NCBI RefSeq assembly: GCF_020969955.1
Contig: NZ_JAHDSX010000007.1
Location: forward strand, 30,001-62,000
Direction of reading: 5' to 3'
Length of the DNA stretch: 32,000 nucleotides
Source of the DNA: Allobaculum fili
GTDB taxonomy: Bacteria; Bacillota_I; Bacilli_A; Erysipelotrichales; Erysipelotrichaceae
The first letter of the stretch is position 1, and each line of letters begins with the position of its first letter. A program made the position numbers and the translations under genes. Below are positions 7,352-16,890 of this stretch, one piece after another. The notes beneath the pieces were generated by a model. It was not told where the DNA came from. It did no database searches and saw only the letters and a list, made by a program, of their open reading frames with translations.

Positions 7352-8194
7352 ATGTACAAAATTCTGGAAAAGAAGGTGCTCAATCCGACCGTCGTTCAGA
7401 TTACGGTCGATGCGCCTCACGCTGCCCGGCACGCGAAAGCCGGTCAGTTCATTATTCTTCGTGCAGACCAGGACGGTGAACGCGTTCCGTTTACCATCGC
7501 TGCCGCCGATCCCGAAAAGGGAACGGTAACGATCATCTATCAGGTGGTCGGCGCCTCCACAAGAAAGCTCATGGCTTTGGAAGAAGGCGATGAACTCGCG
7601 GACTTTGCCGGTCCATTAGGCCGTCCTTCGGAAATTGAAGGCGAAAACGTCGTGATCATCGGCGGCGGTGTCGGCTGCGCAATCGCTCTGCCGACGGCCA
7701 AGGCATTCCACGATGCCGGTAAAAACGTCACAACGATCGTCGGCTTCCGCAATAAGGATCTTGTCATTCTCGAAGACGAGTTCAAAGCCGTTTCGGATAC
7801 GTACTATCTGATGAGCGACGACGGTTCGGTTGGCGAAAAAGGTCTGGTTACCGCCAAACTGAAAGAGCTGATCGAAAACGGACAGAAAATCGATAAAGTC
7901 ATCGCGATCGGACCGCTGATCATGATGAAATTTGTCTGCGCTCTGACCAAGGAATATGACATTCCTACCGTTGTCTCCATGAACCCGATCATGATCGACG
8001 GTACCGGCATGTGCGGCGGCTGCCGCCTCGTTGTCGATGGCCAGATGCGTTTTGCCTGCGTCGACGGTCCAGATTTTGACGGACATAAAGTCGACTTTGA
8101 TTCGGCGATGAGCCGCAATGGTGCCTATAAGGAAAAAGAGCATCACGACTATGAAGAAGCCTGCCGGCTTCTGAACAGGAAGGAGGGGGACTGA
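7352..8194 (+). CDS. nfnA: NfnA-like FAD/NAD-binding, 2Fe-2S oxidoreductase subunit (sulfide/dihydroorotate dehydrogenase-like)
   Basis: 280 aa with an MYKILEKKVLNP N-terminus. Ferredoxin-reductase-type fold. The C-terminal cluster motif is DGTGMCGGCRLVVDG...FACVDGP. It lies immediately upstream of the partner subunit. Confidence 0.88.
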   Translation: MYKILEKKVLNPTVVQITVDAPHAARHAKAGQFIILRADQDGERVPFTIAAADPEKGTVTIIYQVVGASTRKLMALEEGDELADFAGPLGRPSEIEGENVVIIGGGVGCAIALPTAKAFHDAGKNVTTIVGFRNKDLVILEDEFKAVSDTYYLMSDDGSVGEKGLVTAKLKELIENGQKIDKVIAIGPLIMMKFVCALTKEYDIPTVVSMNPIMIDGTGMCGGCRLVVDGQMRFACVDGPDFDGHKVDFDSAMSRNGAYKEKEHHDYEEACRLLNRKEGD

Positions 8195-8196
8195 AC

Positions 8197-9582
8197 ATGC
8201 CGAACATGCAGATGAACAAGCATCCGATGCCCGTTCAGGAACCGGATATCCGTATTACCAACGTCGAAGAAGTCGCTTTAGGCTATACGCCGGAAACGGC
8301 AATCGAAGAAGCCAAGCGCTGCCTCAACTGCAAGCACAAGCCCTGCATCGGCGGCTGCCCGGTCAATATTCATATTCCGGACTTTATCGCGAAAGTTGCC
8401 GAAGGCGATTTTGAAGGCGCTTATCGCATCATTTCGCTGACCAGCTCGCTGCCGGCCATCTGCGGCCGTGTCTGCCCGCAGGAGTCGCAGTGCGAATCCA
8501 AATGCGTACGCGGCATTAAAGGCGAACCGGTGGCCATCGGCCGCCTCGAGCGCTTTGTTGCCGACTATATGCGCGAAAAAGGCGAAGGCAAGCCGGAAAA
8601 ACCGCAGCCAAACGGTCATAAAGTTGCAGTGGTCGGTGCCGGTCCAGCCGGACTTTCCGCAGCCGGCGATCTGGCCGGCATGGGCTATGAAGTTACCGTA
8701 TTTGAAGCCCTGCATACGCCGGGCGGCGTACTCATGTACGGGATTCCGGAATTCCGTCTGCCCAAAGCCATCGTTCAGCACGAAATTTCCAAGCTGAAAG
8801 ATCTCGGCGTTGAATTTGTGACCAACTTCGTAGTCGGCCGCTCCGAAACGATCGAAGAGCTGATGAACGAAGGCTATGAAGCCGTCTTTGTCGGCTCCGG
8901 CGCCGGTCTGCCTAACTTCATGAATCTGCCCGGTGAAGAGCTCAAGGGCGTATTCTCCGCCAATGAATTTCTGACCCGCTTCAATTTAATGAAAGCGTAC
9001 CGTGAAGATTCGCCGACCCCGATCCAGCATCCGAAAAAGACGGTCGTTGTCGGCGGCGGAAACGTCGCCATGGATGCGGCGCGCTGCGCAAGACGTCTTG
9101 GCAGCGAGGTGTACATCGTCTACCGCCGTTCGCTCGAAGAACTGCCGGCCCGTAAGGAAGAAGTTGAACACGCCATGGAAGAGGGAATCATCTTCAAACT
9201 GCTCAACAACCCAGTTGCCGTCCACGGCGATGAAAACGGCTGCGTGAATGCGGTGGAATGCATCGAAATGGAACTCGGCGAACCGGACGCTTCCGGAAGA
9301 AGACGCCCGATTGCCAAAGAAGGAAGCAGCTTCATGATCGATGCCGACTGCATGATCATGGCGATCGGTACTTCGCCAAACCCGCTGATCCGCTCGACGA
9401 CCGAAGGTCTGGAAACCAACCGCAAGGGCTGTCTGATCGTTGACGAAAACGAAATGACGACCCGCGAAGGCATTTACGCCGGCGGGGATGCCGTTACGGG
9501 TGCCGCTACGGTTATTTCCGCGATGGGTGCCGGCAAGAAAGCCGCCGCAGCCATCGACAAGGCGCTGCTCAAAGACGCCTGA
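8197..9582 (+). CDS. nfnB: NfnB-like / homotetrameric-type NADPH-dependent glutamate synthase small-chain-like oxidoreductase
   Basis: 461 aa. Two 4Fe-4S cysteine motifs: CLNCKHKPCIGGCP and CGRVCPQESQCESKC. Dinucleotide-binding motifs: VAVVGAGPAGLSAA and VVVGGGNVAMDAA. Starts 2 nt after nfnA. Confidence 0.9.
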   Translation: MPNMQMNKHPMPVQEPDIRITNVEEVALGYTPETAIEEAKRCLNCKHKPCIGGCPVNIHIPDFIAKVAEGDFEGAYRIISLTSSLPAICGRVCPQESQCESKCVRGIKGEPVAIGRLERFVADYMREKGEGKPEKPQPNGHKVAVVGAGPAGLSAAGDLAGMGYEVTVFEALHTPGGVLMYGIPEFRLPKAIVQHEISKLKDLGVEFVTNFVVGRSETIEELMNEGYEAVFVGSGAGLPNFMNLPGEELKGVFSANEFLTRFNLMKAYREDSPTPIQHPKKTVVVGGGNVAMDAARCARRLGSEVYIVYRRSLEELPARKEEVEHAMEEGIIFKLLNNPVAVHGDENGCVNAVECIEMELGEPDASGRRRPIAKEGSSFMIDADCMIMAIGTSPNPLIRSTTEGLETNRKGCLIVDENEMTTREGIYAGGDAVTGAATVISAMGAGKKAAAAIDKALLKDA

Positions 9583-9644
9583 GTTTTCCCGATTCTGCTT
9601 TAAACGATTCAAACTGCAGGCAGAAGGCCTGTCCGGATTTTTTG

Positions 9645-9680
9645 CGGACAGACGCTTCTGTCTGTTTTCACGTTTTCTTC
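9645..9680 (+). terminator. Terminator after nfnB
   Basis: Stem GACAGA-cgct-TCTGTC, extendable, followed by TGTTTTCACGTTTTCTTC. It overlaps an alternative hairpin CTGTCCG/CGGACAG at 9629-9651. Confidence 0.55.
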
Positions 9681-9891
9681 CCGATTCTTTTGTATCTTTT
9701 GTCGCAGCACAAATACGGGTGCATGATTTTTACTGATCCAGTCTTGCTTTACTGAACGGATGAACCGGTTTGGTATTAAACCCGTTTTCTGCCTTGTGAA
9801 AGAGACGAAAAAGCGCAGGAGAAACGAATCGCCTTTGTCTATCGGCAATTCAAATATTTGCCAATCAAATTCATGCAGGCAGGATGCAAAG

Positions 9892-9919
9892 TTGACAAGG
9901 GGCAGGAATTCTTTAAAAT
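9892..9919 (+). promoter_or_regulatory. Putative sigma-A promoter of efp
   Basis: TTGACA (9892-9897), 16-nt spacer, TAAAAT (9914-9919), about 40 nt upstream of the efp ATG. Confidence 0.5.
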
Positions 9920-9956
9920 AAAACCGAAATTCAATCACAAAGGAGCCATAACCGAC

Positions 9957-10520
9957 ATGATCAGTTCGAACGATTTAAAACCAGGACAGACAATTCGCGT
10001 TGGAGATGATATCTTCGTAGTTCTGGACACCCTTCAGAATAAGACAGCCCGTTCTGCAATGGTTGTCAAAGCCAAAGTCCGCAACCTGCGTACAGGAAGC
10101 AACGTAGAGCTTTCCTGGGGCGGCGGTGAAAAAGTAGAGCCTGCCATGATCGACAAGCGCGAAATGCAGTACCTGTACGATACAGACGATGCCATGGTTT
10201 TCATGGATAACGAAACTTACGAACAGATTGAGATCCCGACAGTTCGCCTGGAATGGGAACGCAAATTTGTTAAGCCAAACGATAACGTAAACGTAACCAG
10301 CTACGAAGGCGAAATCATCGGTGTTTCTCTTCCGGACAAAGCAACTCTCCAGGTTGTTGAATGTGAACCAGCTGTAAAAGGCGATACCACCAGTGCTGCG
10401 CAGAAAAATGCAAAACTGGAAACCGGCCTTGAGCTGAAAGTTCCTCTGTTCATCAACGAAGGCGAAATGATCGTTGTTTCGACTGCAGACGGAAAATATT
10501 CCGGACGCGCGAAAAACTAG
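9957..10520 (+). CDS. efp: Translation elongation factor P
   Basis: The track ORF starts at 9858. The real start is ATG 9957, with AAAGGAG upstream. MISSNDLKPGQ aligns residue-for-residue with Bacillus EF-P as recalled. 187 aa. Confidence 0.95.
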   Translation: MISSNDLKPGQTIRVGDDIFVVLDTLQNKTARSAMVVKAKVRNLRTGSNVELSWGGGEKVEPAMIDKREMQYLYDTDDAMVFMDNETYEQIEIPTVRLEWERKFVKPNDNVNVTSYEGEIIGVSLPDKATLQVVECEPAVKGDTTSAAQKNAKLETGLELKVPLFINEGEMIVVSTADGKYSGRAKN

Positions 10521-10529
10521 TCTTCTTCC

Positions 10530-10560
10530 AAGCCGCATACCGCGGCTTTTCTTTTTGGTT
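10530..10560 (+). terminator. Rho-independent terminator after efp
   Basis: Stem AAGCCGC-atacc-GCGGCTT followed by TTCTTTTTGGTTTTTT. Confidence 0.8.
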
Positions 10561-10641
10561 TTTTGCCTTTATTTAAAGGCTTGTTTTAATTATTTTGCTA
10601 TGAATTTGTTATAATGAAAACCGTGCTTAAGGAGGAAATGA

Positions 10642-11746
10642 ATGACCAGACTGTCCCGTAAAGACCGTTACCAGGATCTGCGTCAGACGATCAGCGACCA
10701 GAATGGCGAAGCGAAAACTTCCGCGCCAAGTGCGCAAAAAAAATGAAAAGACCGTTCGCCTGGCCGCACCGGATGTCAAAAGCGAAAGCCGTGCCAAAGC
10801 GGCTCCGGTAAACAGTCGTGCACAATCGACAAACCCTGTTCTTGAAGATCTGCTTGGAGAAGTAAAACAGTACAACCTCTCCAACGGCGATCTTGTCAGT
10901 GACGATACACAAATGCAGATTCTGCATACCATTAACAGCGACCGAAACCCCGAAGCGGATAAGCGAAACCGTCATCTTGAAGAGATGGAAACCGCCGCTC
11001 CAGGTTCCACGACGCTCAATCTCTACAGCTCCGATCTCATGGATCTGGCTGCCAGAAGCAAGAGCCAGAAAGAAGAAGCGGCCCAAAAAGCAGCCGCCCA
11101 GGAAGATCAAGAGCCAGTAGAGCGCGAAATTGAAGTGGATTTAAGCGTACTCGAGTCCGCTTCAAAAAAGCATTCTGCCCGCGATGACTTCTTCGCAAAA
11201 CCCGAATCCGAACCAGAAGAGGAAACGACAGAAGCATTCGAAGAAGAATACGAAGAGAAGCCTAAAAGCCGGCGCAAAAGAAAACCGTTCTTTAAGTCCC
11301 GCAGAAAATCCAGAGACGATGAAGACGAATATGTCGAAATCGATGAGGAAGAAGAGGTGCCTGGCGCCTTTGATGACGACGCTCTCGTCGAAGAGGATGT
11401 CATTATCGCCGCCCCTGCAAAACGCTCCGAATTTTCCTACGACGATCAGGATCGCCTCTTTGATGAAGACTATAACGATCTCGATGCAGAAGACGAAGTC
11501 GAAGAAAAGCGTCCGACACACCGCAAAAAACACGCCCGCAAAGCCAGAGCAAAAAAGCCGGAACTGCATACGCAGGATGAAGAAGACGAAAGTGAAGAAT
11601 ATTCCCGTCCTCGCGCTTCCGTTTACGATCAGGAAGATCAGCCTGTTTCCAAAGGCGCAGCCATTTTCATGATCGTCTGTGTCATCCTTCTCGTCATTCT
11701 GATTATTCTTACGATTTTCTGGATGTCCAAACTCGGTATTTTCTAG
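10642..11746 (+). CDS. Highly acidic, low-complexity, C-terminally membrane-anchored protein with an apparent frameshift at an A8 tract
   Basis: The intact ORF is 10703-11746 (347 aa). It is D/E/K-rich and has a C-terminal TM helix, AAIFMIVCVILLVILIILTIFW. The only strong RBS (AAGGAGG, 10629-10635) serves ATG 10642. That 34-codon frame stops right after A8 (10736-10743). Confidence 0.55.
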
Positions 11747-11797
11747 ATTTTAAAGGAGGAGATCCAGACGTAAAAAGCGTTCTGGATTGAATAGCTG

Positions 11798-12487
11798 ATG
11801 CAAAAATTCAATGTGGCCCTCGATGGGCCAAGCGGAGCCGGCAAATCCTCTGTTGCCGATGAAATCGCCCGGATCTATGATCTGATCCATCTCGATACCG
11901 GAGCCATGTACCGGGCTCTGGCCTGGAAGCTGCACGCGATGCAGATGGAGCCGAAAAGCTCGAAAGAACTCGAAGACGCGCTTAGTTCCATCGATCTGAA
12001 AGTGAATCCGGCCGATCAGAGCATTTCCGTCAACGGTGAAAATGTCTCCCAGATCATACGTACGCCCGAAGTCAGCCGTCTGGCATCGATTTATTCCGCA
12101 CTGCCGGAAGTTCGAATACGGCTGGTGGCCCTGCAGCAGGAAATCGCCCGTTCCAAAGGCTATATTCTGGACGGACGCGACATCTGCGATGTCGTGCTGC
12201 CCGATGCGGACGTCAAAATCTATCTGGACGCTGCGCCGGAAGCCCGTGCAAAGCGGCGTATGCTTCAAAATGAAGAAAAGGGAATTGAAGAGCCGTACGA
12301 AGAGGTGCTGGCGGCCATCATCGAGCGCGACGCGCGCGATAAAAACCGCAAGGAAGCCCCGCTTCGCGTTTCCAAAGACGCGCGTGTTCTTGATTCCAGC
12401 AGCCTGAATTTCCAGGAAACCGTAGACGTTGTCTGCGAATGGATTAATCAGGCACTCTCTGCGCAAAAAGCAGAGGCTCACGCATAA
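11798..12487 (+). CDS. cmk: Cytidylate kinase
   Basis: 229 aa. P-loop is ALDGPSGAGKSS, followed by LDTGAMYRA. An in-frame TAG two codons upstream (a CTG codon lies between) makes ATG 11798 the only plausible start. Confidence 0.93.
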   Translation: MQKFNVALDGPSGAGKSSVADEIARIYDLIHLDTGAMYRALAWKLHAMQMEPKSSKELEDALSSIDLKVNPADQSISVNGENVSQIIRTPEVSRLASIYSALPEVRIRLVALQQEIARSKGYILDGRDICDVVLPDADVKIYLDAAPEARAKRRMLQNEEKGIEEPYEEVLAAIIERDARDKNRKEAPLRVSKDARVLDSSSLNFQETVDVVCEWINQALSAQKAEAHA

Positions 12488-12531
12488 TGAATGCATAAAG
12501 TCTGCGAGGCAGACAGAAAGAAGTGTTTTTT

Positions 12532-13836
12532 ATGATGAAAGGTACAGTGGCTGTAGTCGGCCGGCCAAACGTCGGCAAGTCTACCGTCTTCAACCGCATC
12601 ATCGGCGAGCGCAAGTCGATTGTCGATGATACGCCGGGCGTTACCCGTGACCGCATTTATGGACAGACGGAGTGGCTGACACAGCCGTTTTATTTAATTG
12701 ATACCGGCGGGATCCAGCTGGAAGATCAGGCGTTTGCGGATGAGATCGGCATGCAGGTCGATATCGCGATTGAAGAAGCAGATGTCATTCTGTTTCTGGT
12801 CAACGCCATCGAAGGCGTTACCGATGACGATATCGCCATTGCCCGCAAGCTGCAGAAATCGAAGAAACCGGTTGTTTTAGCGGTAAATAAAGCCGATAAT
12901 GAAAACCTGCGCATGTCGATTTACGATTTCTATACGCTCGGTCTTTCCGATCCGATTCCCATGTCCGCTGAACATGGAACCGGAGTTGCCGAAGTCCTCG
13001 ATGAAATTGTAAAATACCTGCCGGATAAAAAACTGAAAGTCTACGACGGCATGACGACCTTCTGTGTCATCGGCCGTCCAAACGTCGGCAAAAGCTCGCT
13101 CGTCAACGCGATTCTCAAAGAAGACCGCGCCATCGTCTCCAATGTGGAAGGCACAACGCGCGATGCCGTCGATACGCCGTTTCGCTACGAGGGCCGCGAC
13201 TATGTCATTATCGACACCGCAGGCATGCGCAAGCGCGGAAAAGTCTGGGAGAACATCGAGAAGTATTCCGTTCTCCGTGCCGTTTCCGCGATTGAGCGCG
13301 CCGATGTCGTCCTGTTTCTGATTGACGGAGAAAAAGGAATCCGCGATCAGGATAAGCACGTCGCCGGACTGGCCCATGATGAAGGAAAAGGCGTCATCAT
13401 CGTCTACAACAAGTGGGATACCGTAGAAAAAGACGAAAGAACGATGAACGAAATCTCGAAAAAGATCCGCGAAGAGTTCAAGTATCTTTCCTACGCGCCG
13501 ATTGCGTTTGTCTCCGCGAAAACCGGAGCCCGCGTCAATACGCTGCTCCCGCTGATCGATCAGGTCCATGATGCCTGCACGATGCGCGTTCCGACTAACG
13601 TACTGAACGACGTTATTATGGACGCCCAGATGATGAACCCGCCAAAACCGCATAACGGCAAGCAGCTGCGGATTTACTACGCTTCGCAGGTTTCTGTATC
13701 GCCTCCGACGATTCTGATATTCGTCAACGAACCGGAACTGTTCCATTTCTCGTACAAGAGATACCTGGAAAACAAGCTCCGTGAGGCTTTCGGATTTATC
13801 GGAACCCCGATTCGAATTCACGCAAGGAAGAGATAA
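12532..13836 (+). CDS. der: Ribosome-biogenesis GTPase Der (EngA)
   Basis: Two tandem G domains (GRPNVGKSTVFN and GRPNVGKSSLVN, with DTGG/DTAG and NKAD/NKWD) plus a KH-like C-terminus. The start could be ATG 12532 or 12535; the track gives GTG 12523. Confidence 0.95.
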   Translation: MMKGTVAVVGRPNVGKSTVFNRIIGERKSIVDDTPGVTRDRIYGQTEWLTQPFYLIDTGGIQLEDQAFADEIGMQVDIAIEEADVILFLVNAIEGVTDDDIAIARKLQKSKKPVVLAVNKADNENLRMSIYDFYTLGLSDPIPMSAEHGTGVAEVLDEIVKYLPDKKLKVYDGMTTFCVIGRPNVGKSSLVNAILKEDRAIVSNVEGTTRDAVDTPFRYEGRDYVIIDTAGMRKRGKVWENIEKYSVLRAVSAIERADVVLFLIDGEKGIRDQDKHVAGLAHDEGKGVIIVYNKWDTVEKDERTMNEISKKIREEFKYLSYAPIAFVSAKTGARVNTLLPLIDQVHDACTMRVPTNVLNDVIMDAQMMNPPKPHNGKQLRIYYASQVSVSPPTILIFVNEPELFHFSYKRYLENKLREAFGFIGTPIRIHARKR

Positions 13837-13838
13837 AA

Positions 13839-14834
13839 ATGAAAACTGTTGTGATTGGCAGCGGAAGCTGGGGCACAGCGCTGGCTCAGGTTCTCTGTGA
13901 CAACCATCAGCCTGTCGAACTGATCGGCGTCGACGATGCCGAAATTCAGGACATTAACCAAAACCATAAAAACTCGAAATACTTCAGGGACGTCGATCTC
14001 AATCCGGCCCTTCACGCCACAAAGGACTGGAACGTTTTAAACGACGCGGACGTCGTCCTCTTTGCGGTACCGACTGCAGCCATTGAATCGGTTGCTTCAA
14101 AAGCCGCAGAGCATGTAACGAAACCCGTCATTGCGGTCAATGTTTCCAAGGGCTTCAACCCGGGAAGCGATGAGCGCATGAGCCAGGTCATCCGGCGCGT
14201 CATGCCGGCGGACCGTCTTTCCTCGGTCGTTTCTCTGATTGGACCTTCCCACGCGGAAGAAGTCATTGAGCGTCAGCTGACCAGCATTGATGCGGTCAGC
14301 CTGAAGGAAGACGACGCGAAAGCCGTTCAGCTGCTGTTTTCCAACCAGTATCTGCGTATTTATACTGGCGACGATGAAATCGGCAGCGAACTTGGCGCCG
14401 CCGTTAAAAACGTCATGGCGATCGCCTCGGGCATCATTGCCGGTCTCGGGTACAAGGACAATACCCGTGCAGCGCTCATTACCCGCGGCCTGCAGGAAAT
14501 GATCCGCTTTGGCACGCGCTTTGGCGGCCGTCCAGAAACGTTTGTTGGTCTGACCGGCATCGGCGATCTGATCGTTACCTGTTCCTCTATCAATTCCCGC
14601 AACTTCCAGGCCGGTCTTCAGATCGGCAAAGAAAATGACGTCACACATTTTCTTCAGACGAACAAGAAAACGACCGAAGGCATTCGTACTGCAAAAGTCG
14701 TTCATGATATCGCCGCAGAAACCGGAATTGACATGCCGATCTGCGAAGAGGTCTACCAGATCCTTTTCGAAGGCAAGGAACCGAAAAACTGTGCCTGTGA
14801 TCTTATGCTTAGAGATTTAAAGAAGGAGTTTTAA
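13839..14834 (+). CDS. gpsA: NAD(P)H-dependent glycerol-3-phosphate dehydrogenase
   Basis: 331 aa with the Rossmann motif VIGSGSWGTALA. Starts 2 nt after der. Confidence 0.93.
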   Translation: MKTVVIGSGSWGTALAQVLCDNHQPVELIGVDDAEIQDINQNHKNSKYFRDVDLNPALHATKDWNVLNDADVVLFAVPTAAIESVASKAAEHVTKPVIAVNVSKGFNPGSDERMSQVIRRVMPADRLSSVVSLIGPSHAEEVIERQLTSIDAVSLKEDDAKAVQLLFSNQYLRIYTGDDEIGSELGAAVKNVMAIASGIIAGLGYKDNTRAALITRGLQEMIRFGTRFGGRPETFVGLTGIGDLIVTCSSINSRNFQAGLQIGKENDVTHFLQTNKKTTEGIRTAKVVHDIAAETGIDMPICEEVYQILFEGKEPKNCACDLMLRDLKKEF

Positions 14835-14837
14835 TTC

Positions 14838-15134
14838 ATGCCTAAGTACGTAAACAAGGATTCTCTTACAGACAGCCTTTCTTCTGCATTCAACCTGAAG
14901 AAAAAAGACTCTGCGGAGATCGTGAACCTGCTTTTTGAAGAAATGTCGGAGGCTCTGATTTCCGAAGGAACCGTTGAAATTACCGGCTTTGGAAAATTCG
15001 TTATTTTTGATCGCAAGAAACGAATGGGCATCAACCCAGTTACGAAAGAACGTATGGAAATCCCAGCGACCAAACTTCCTAAATTCAAACCCAGTCAGAC
15101 ACTGAAAAATCGCTGCAACAACCGGGAGGACTAA
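14838..15134 (+). CDS. hup: HU family DNA-binding protein
   Basis: 98 aa. GFGKFVIFDRKKRMGINPVTKERMEIPATKLPKFKPS is the HU/IHF beta-arm signature. AAGGAG lies upstream. Confidence 0.9.
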   Translation: MPKYVNKDSLTDSLSSAFNLKKKDSAEIVNLLFEEMSEALISEGTVEITGFGKFVIFDRKKRMGINPVTKERMEIPATKLPKFKPSQTLKNRCNNRED

Positions 15135-15149
15135 TCCCGGTTTTTCTTT
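15121..15149 (+). terminator. Terminator of the cmk-der-gpsA-hup operon
   Basis: Stem ACCGGGA/TCCCGGT. The loop contains the hup stop codon. It is followed by TTTTTCTTT. Confidence 0.75.
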
Positions 15150-15405
15150 GTCTGCGCAAGCCTGTATGGTAAATGTAAATTTTCTTTGAATGGGCGACCC
15201 ATCGGTGAAAAAGTGTTAAAGGATGATAATATCAACCAACTAGTATAATAAGAAGTGGAAAAACATCATAGAACACCATCAGAAGGCGATTTGGAAAGAA
15301 ATTTTTGACCGTTAGATACGAACGTATCTGCCCCGATCCGTTTACGTATCGAGGCAAAAAAATTTCGGTATTTAGATCGCCTGCTGGAAAAGAGGAATAT
15401 TTATC

Positions 15406-15969
15406 ATGCATTCTATCGTTTTGGCCGGAGGCTGTTTCTGGGGCGTAGAAGCCTTCTTTCGCCAGTTTCGCCCGCTGCACACGCAAGTCGGGTATGTAAA
15501 CGGTCCTGGAGAACATCCAATCTACCGGGATGTCTGCGAGGGAAGCGGACATACCGAAGGCATTCGCATTGAATACCCGGACTGTATTGAGCTGCCTCAG
15601 ATTCTGGCTTCCTATTTTTCCATTGTCGATCCGGTCAGTCTGAACCGGCAGGGAAACGATATCGGCATCAACTACCGTACCGGCATTTATACGAACGATC
15701 CAAAGGAAGCGGCAATCGCGAAGGGCATGCTGGAAGACTTGCAGAGGCATTATTCCAAACCCATTCAGATTGAGGTAGAACCGCTCAATAACTTCTGCCC
15801 GGCAGAAGAGGAACACCAGAATTATCTCGGTCGCAATCCCGGCGGCTATTGCCATATTCCTAGATCGCTTTTGCATGGATGCAGACTGTTTACCATGCGC
15901 GAGCTTCGCGAGGAATATCCATCGCTGGCAAAAACGATGCCTGCACCAGAGGAAGATGAAATTTTCTAA
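15406..15969 (+). CDS. msrA: Peptide-methionine (S)-S-oxide reductase
   Basis: 187 aa. The catalytic GGCFWG motif is at the N-terminus, followed by GHTEGIRIEY. Confidence 0.93.
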   Translation: MHSIVLAGGCFWGVEAFFRQFRPLHTQVGYVNGPGEHPIYRDVCEGSGHTEGIRIEYPDCIELPQILASYFSIVDPVSLNRQGNDIGINYRTGIYTNDPKEAAIAKGMLEDLQRHYSKPIQIEVEPLNNFCPAEEEHQNYLGRNPGGYCHIPRSLLHGCRLFTMRELREEYPSLAKTMPAPEEDEIF

Positions 15970-16001
15970 ACAGCCTGACCAGATTTAGATTTTATGCGAA
16001 G

Positions 16002-16055
16002 AAAAAGCGGATCTGCACAAGAAGGAAATGCCTTCAACGCAGATCGCGCTTTTTT
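16002..16055. terminator. Bidirectional terminator between convergent msrA and the ABC operon
   Basis: AAAAA-GCGGATCTGC...GCAGATCgCGC-TTTTTT, a roughly 10-bp stem with one bulge. It is flanked by an A-run on one side and a T-run on the other. Confidence 0.7.
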
Positions 16056-16087
16056 ACTTTATCCAGGGAATACAGCCGGCTTGCCGC

Positions 16088-16876
16088 TTAAGAAGAAAGC
16101 TTGCCGATAAATTCCTGTACGCGGGTTTTGGATGAAGAGAACAGCTCTTCGGGCGTTCCTTCTTCGAGAATCACGCCGTGTTCCAGAAAAATGATGCGAT
16201 CGGAAACTTCTCTGGCAAAGCCAAGTTCGTGGGTGACAATGACCATTGTGATGTGTTCGCTGGCCAGCTGTTTTAAAACTTTCAGCACTTCGCCAGTCAG
16301 CTCCGGGTCCAGTGCGGAAGTCGGTTCATCCAGAAAGAGAATTTCCGGCTTCATCGCCAGAGCACGGGCAACGCCTACGCGCTGCTGCTGCCCGCCGGAA
16401 AGCTGGCAGGGATAGGCATCGGCTTTATCGGCCAGACCAAACTGCGCCAGCAGATCCAGAGCCGTCTGTTTCGCCTGGTCTTTTGGCGCCTTGAGCACGC
16501 GCGTCTGGGGATCCGTAATGTTCTTTAAGACGGTGTAATGCGGGAACAGATTGAAGTTCTGAAAGACGAGTCCGAAATACCGGTGGAGCCTTGCCAGCGT
16601 CTTTTTATCGACATACTGGGAAGGTCCGTTTTCTGTGCCCTGAGCTTTGCAGACGGGATCGCTGCCGTAATAAAGGGAACCGTGGTCCATCGTCTCTAAC
16701 AGCGTGGAGCAGCGAAGCAGGGTGGATTTGCCGGATCCGGACGGTCCGATAATCGAGACGATTTCGCCGGGCATGACCTGAAGCGAAACGTCCTTGAGCA
16801 CTTCGTTTTCGCCAAACGATTTGGAAAGATGCGAAATTTTCAGTACGGGCATCGAGGCGTTTTCATTCGAATTCAT
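16088..16876 (-). CDS. Amino-acid ABC transporter ATP-binding protein
   Basis: 262 aa. Walker A is GPSGSGKST, the signature is LSGGQQQRV, and Walker B is [19 protein letters not shown] lies upstream. Confidence 0.93.
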   Translation of the reverse strand: MNSNENASMPVLKISHLSKSFGENEVLKDVSLQVMPGEIVSIIGPSGSGKSTLLRCSTLLETMDHGSLYYGSDPVCKAQGTENGPSQYVDKKTLARLHRYFGLVFQNFNLFPHYTVLKNITDPQTRVLKAPKDQAKQTALDLLAQFGLADKADAYPCQLSGGQQQRVGVARALAMKPEILFLDEPTSALDPELTGEVLKVLKQLASEHITMVIVTHELGFAREVSDRIIFLEHGVILEEGTPEELFSSSKTRVQEFIGKLSS

Positions 16877-16890
16877 AAAAGCGCTCCTTT

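Noticed and set aside
12877-13821. 314-aa minus-strand ORF
   Set aside because: It is antisense to der, whose double GTPase motifs are unambiguous.
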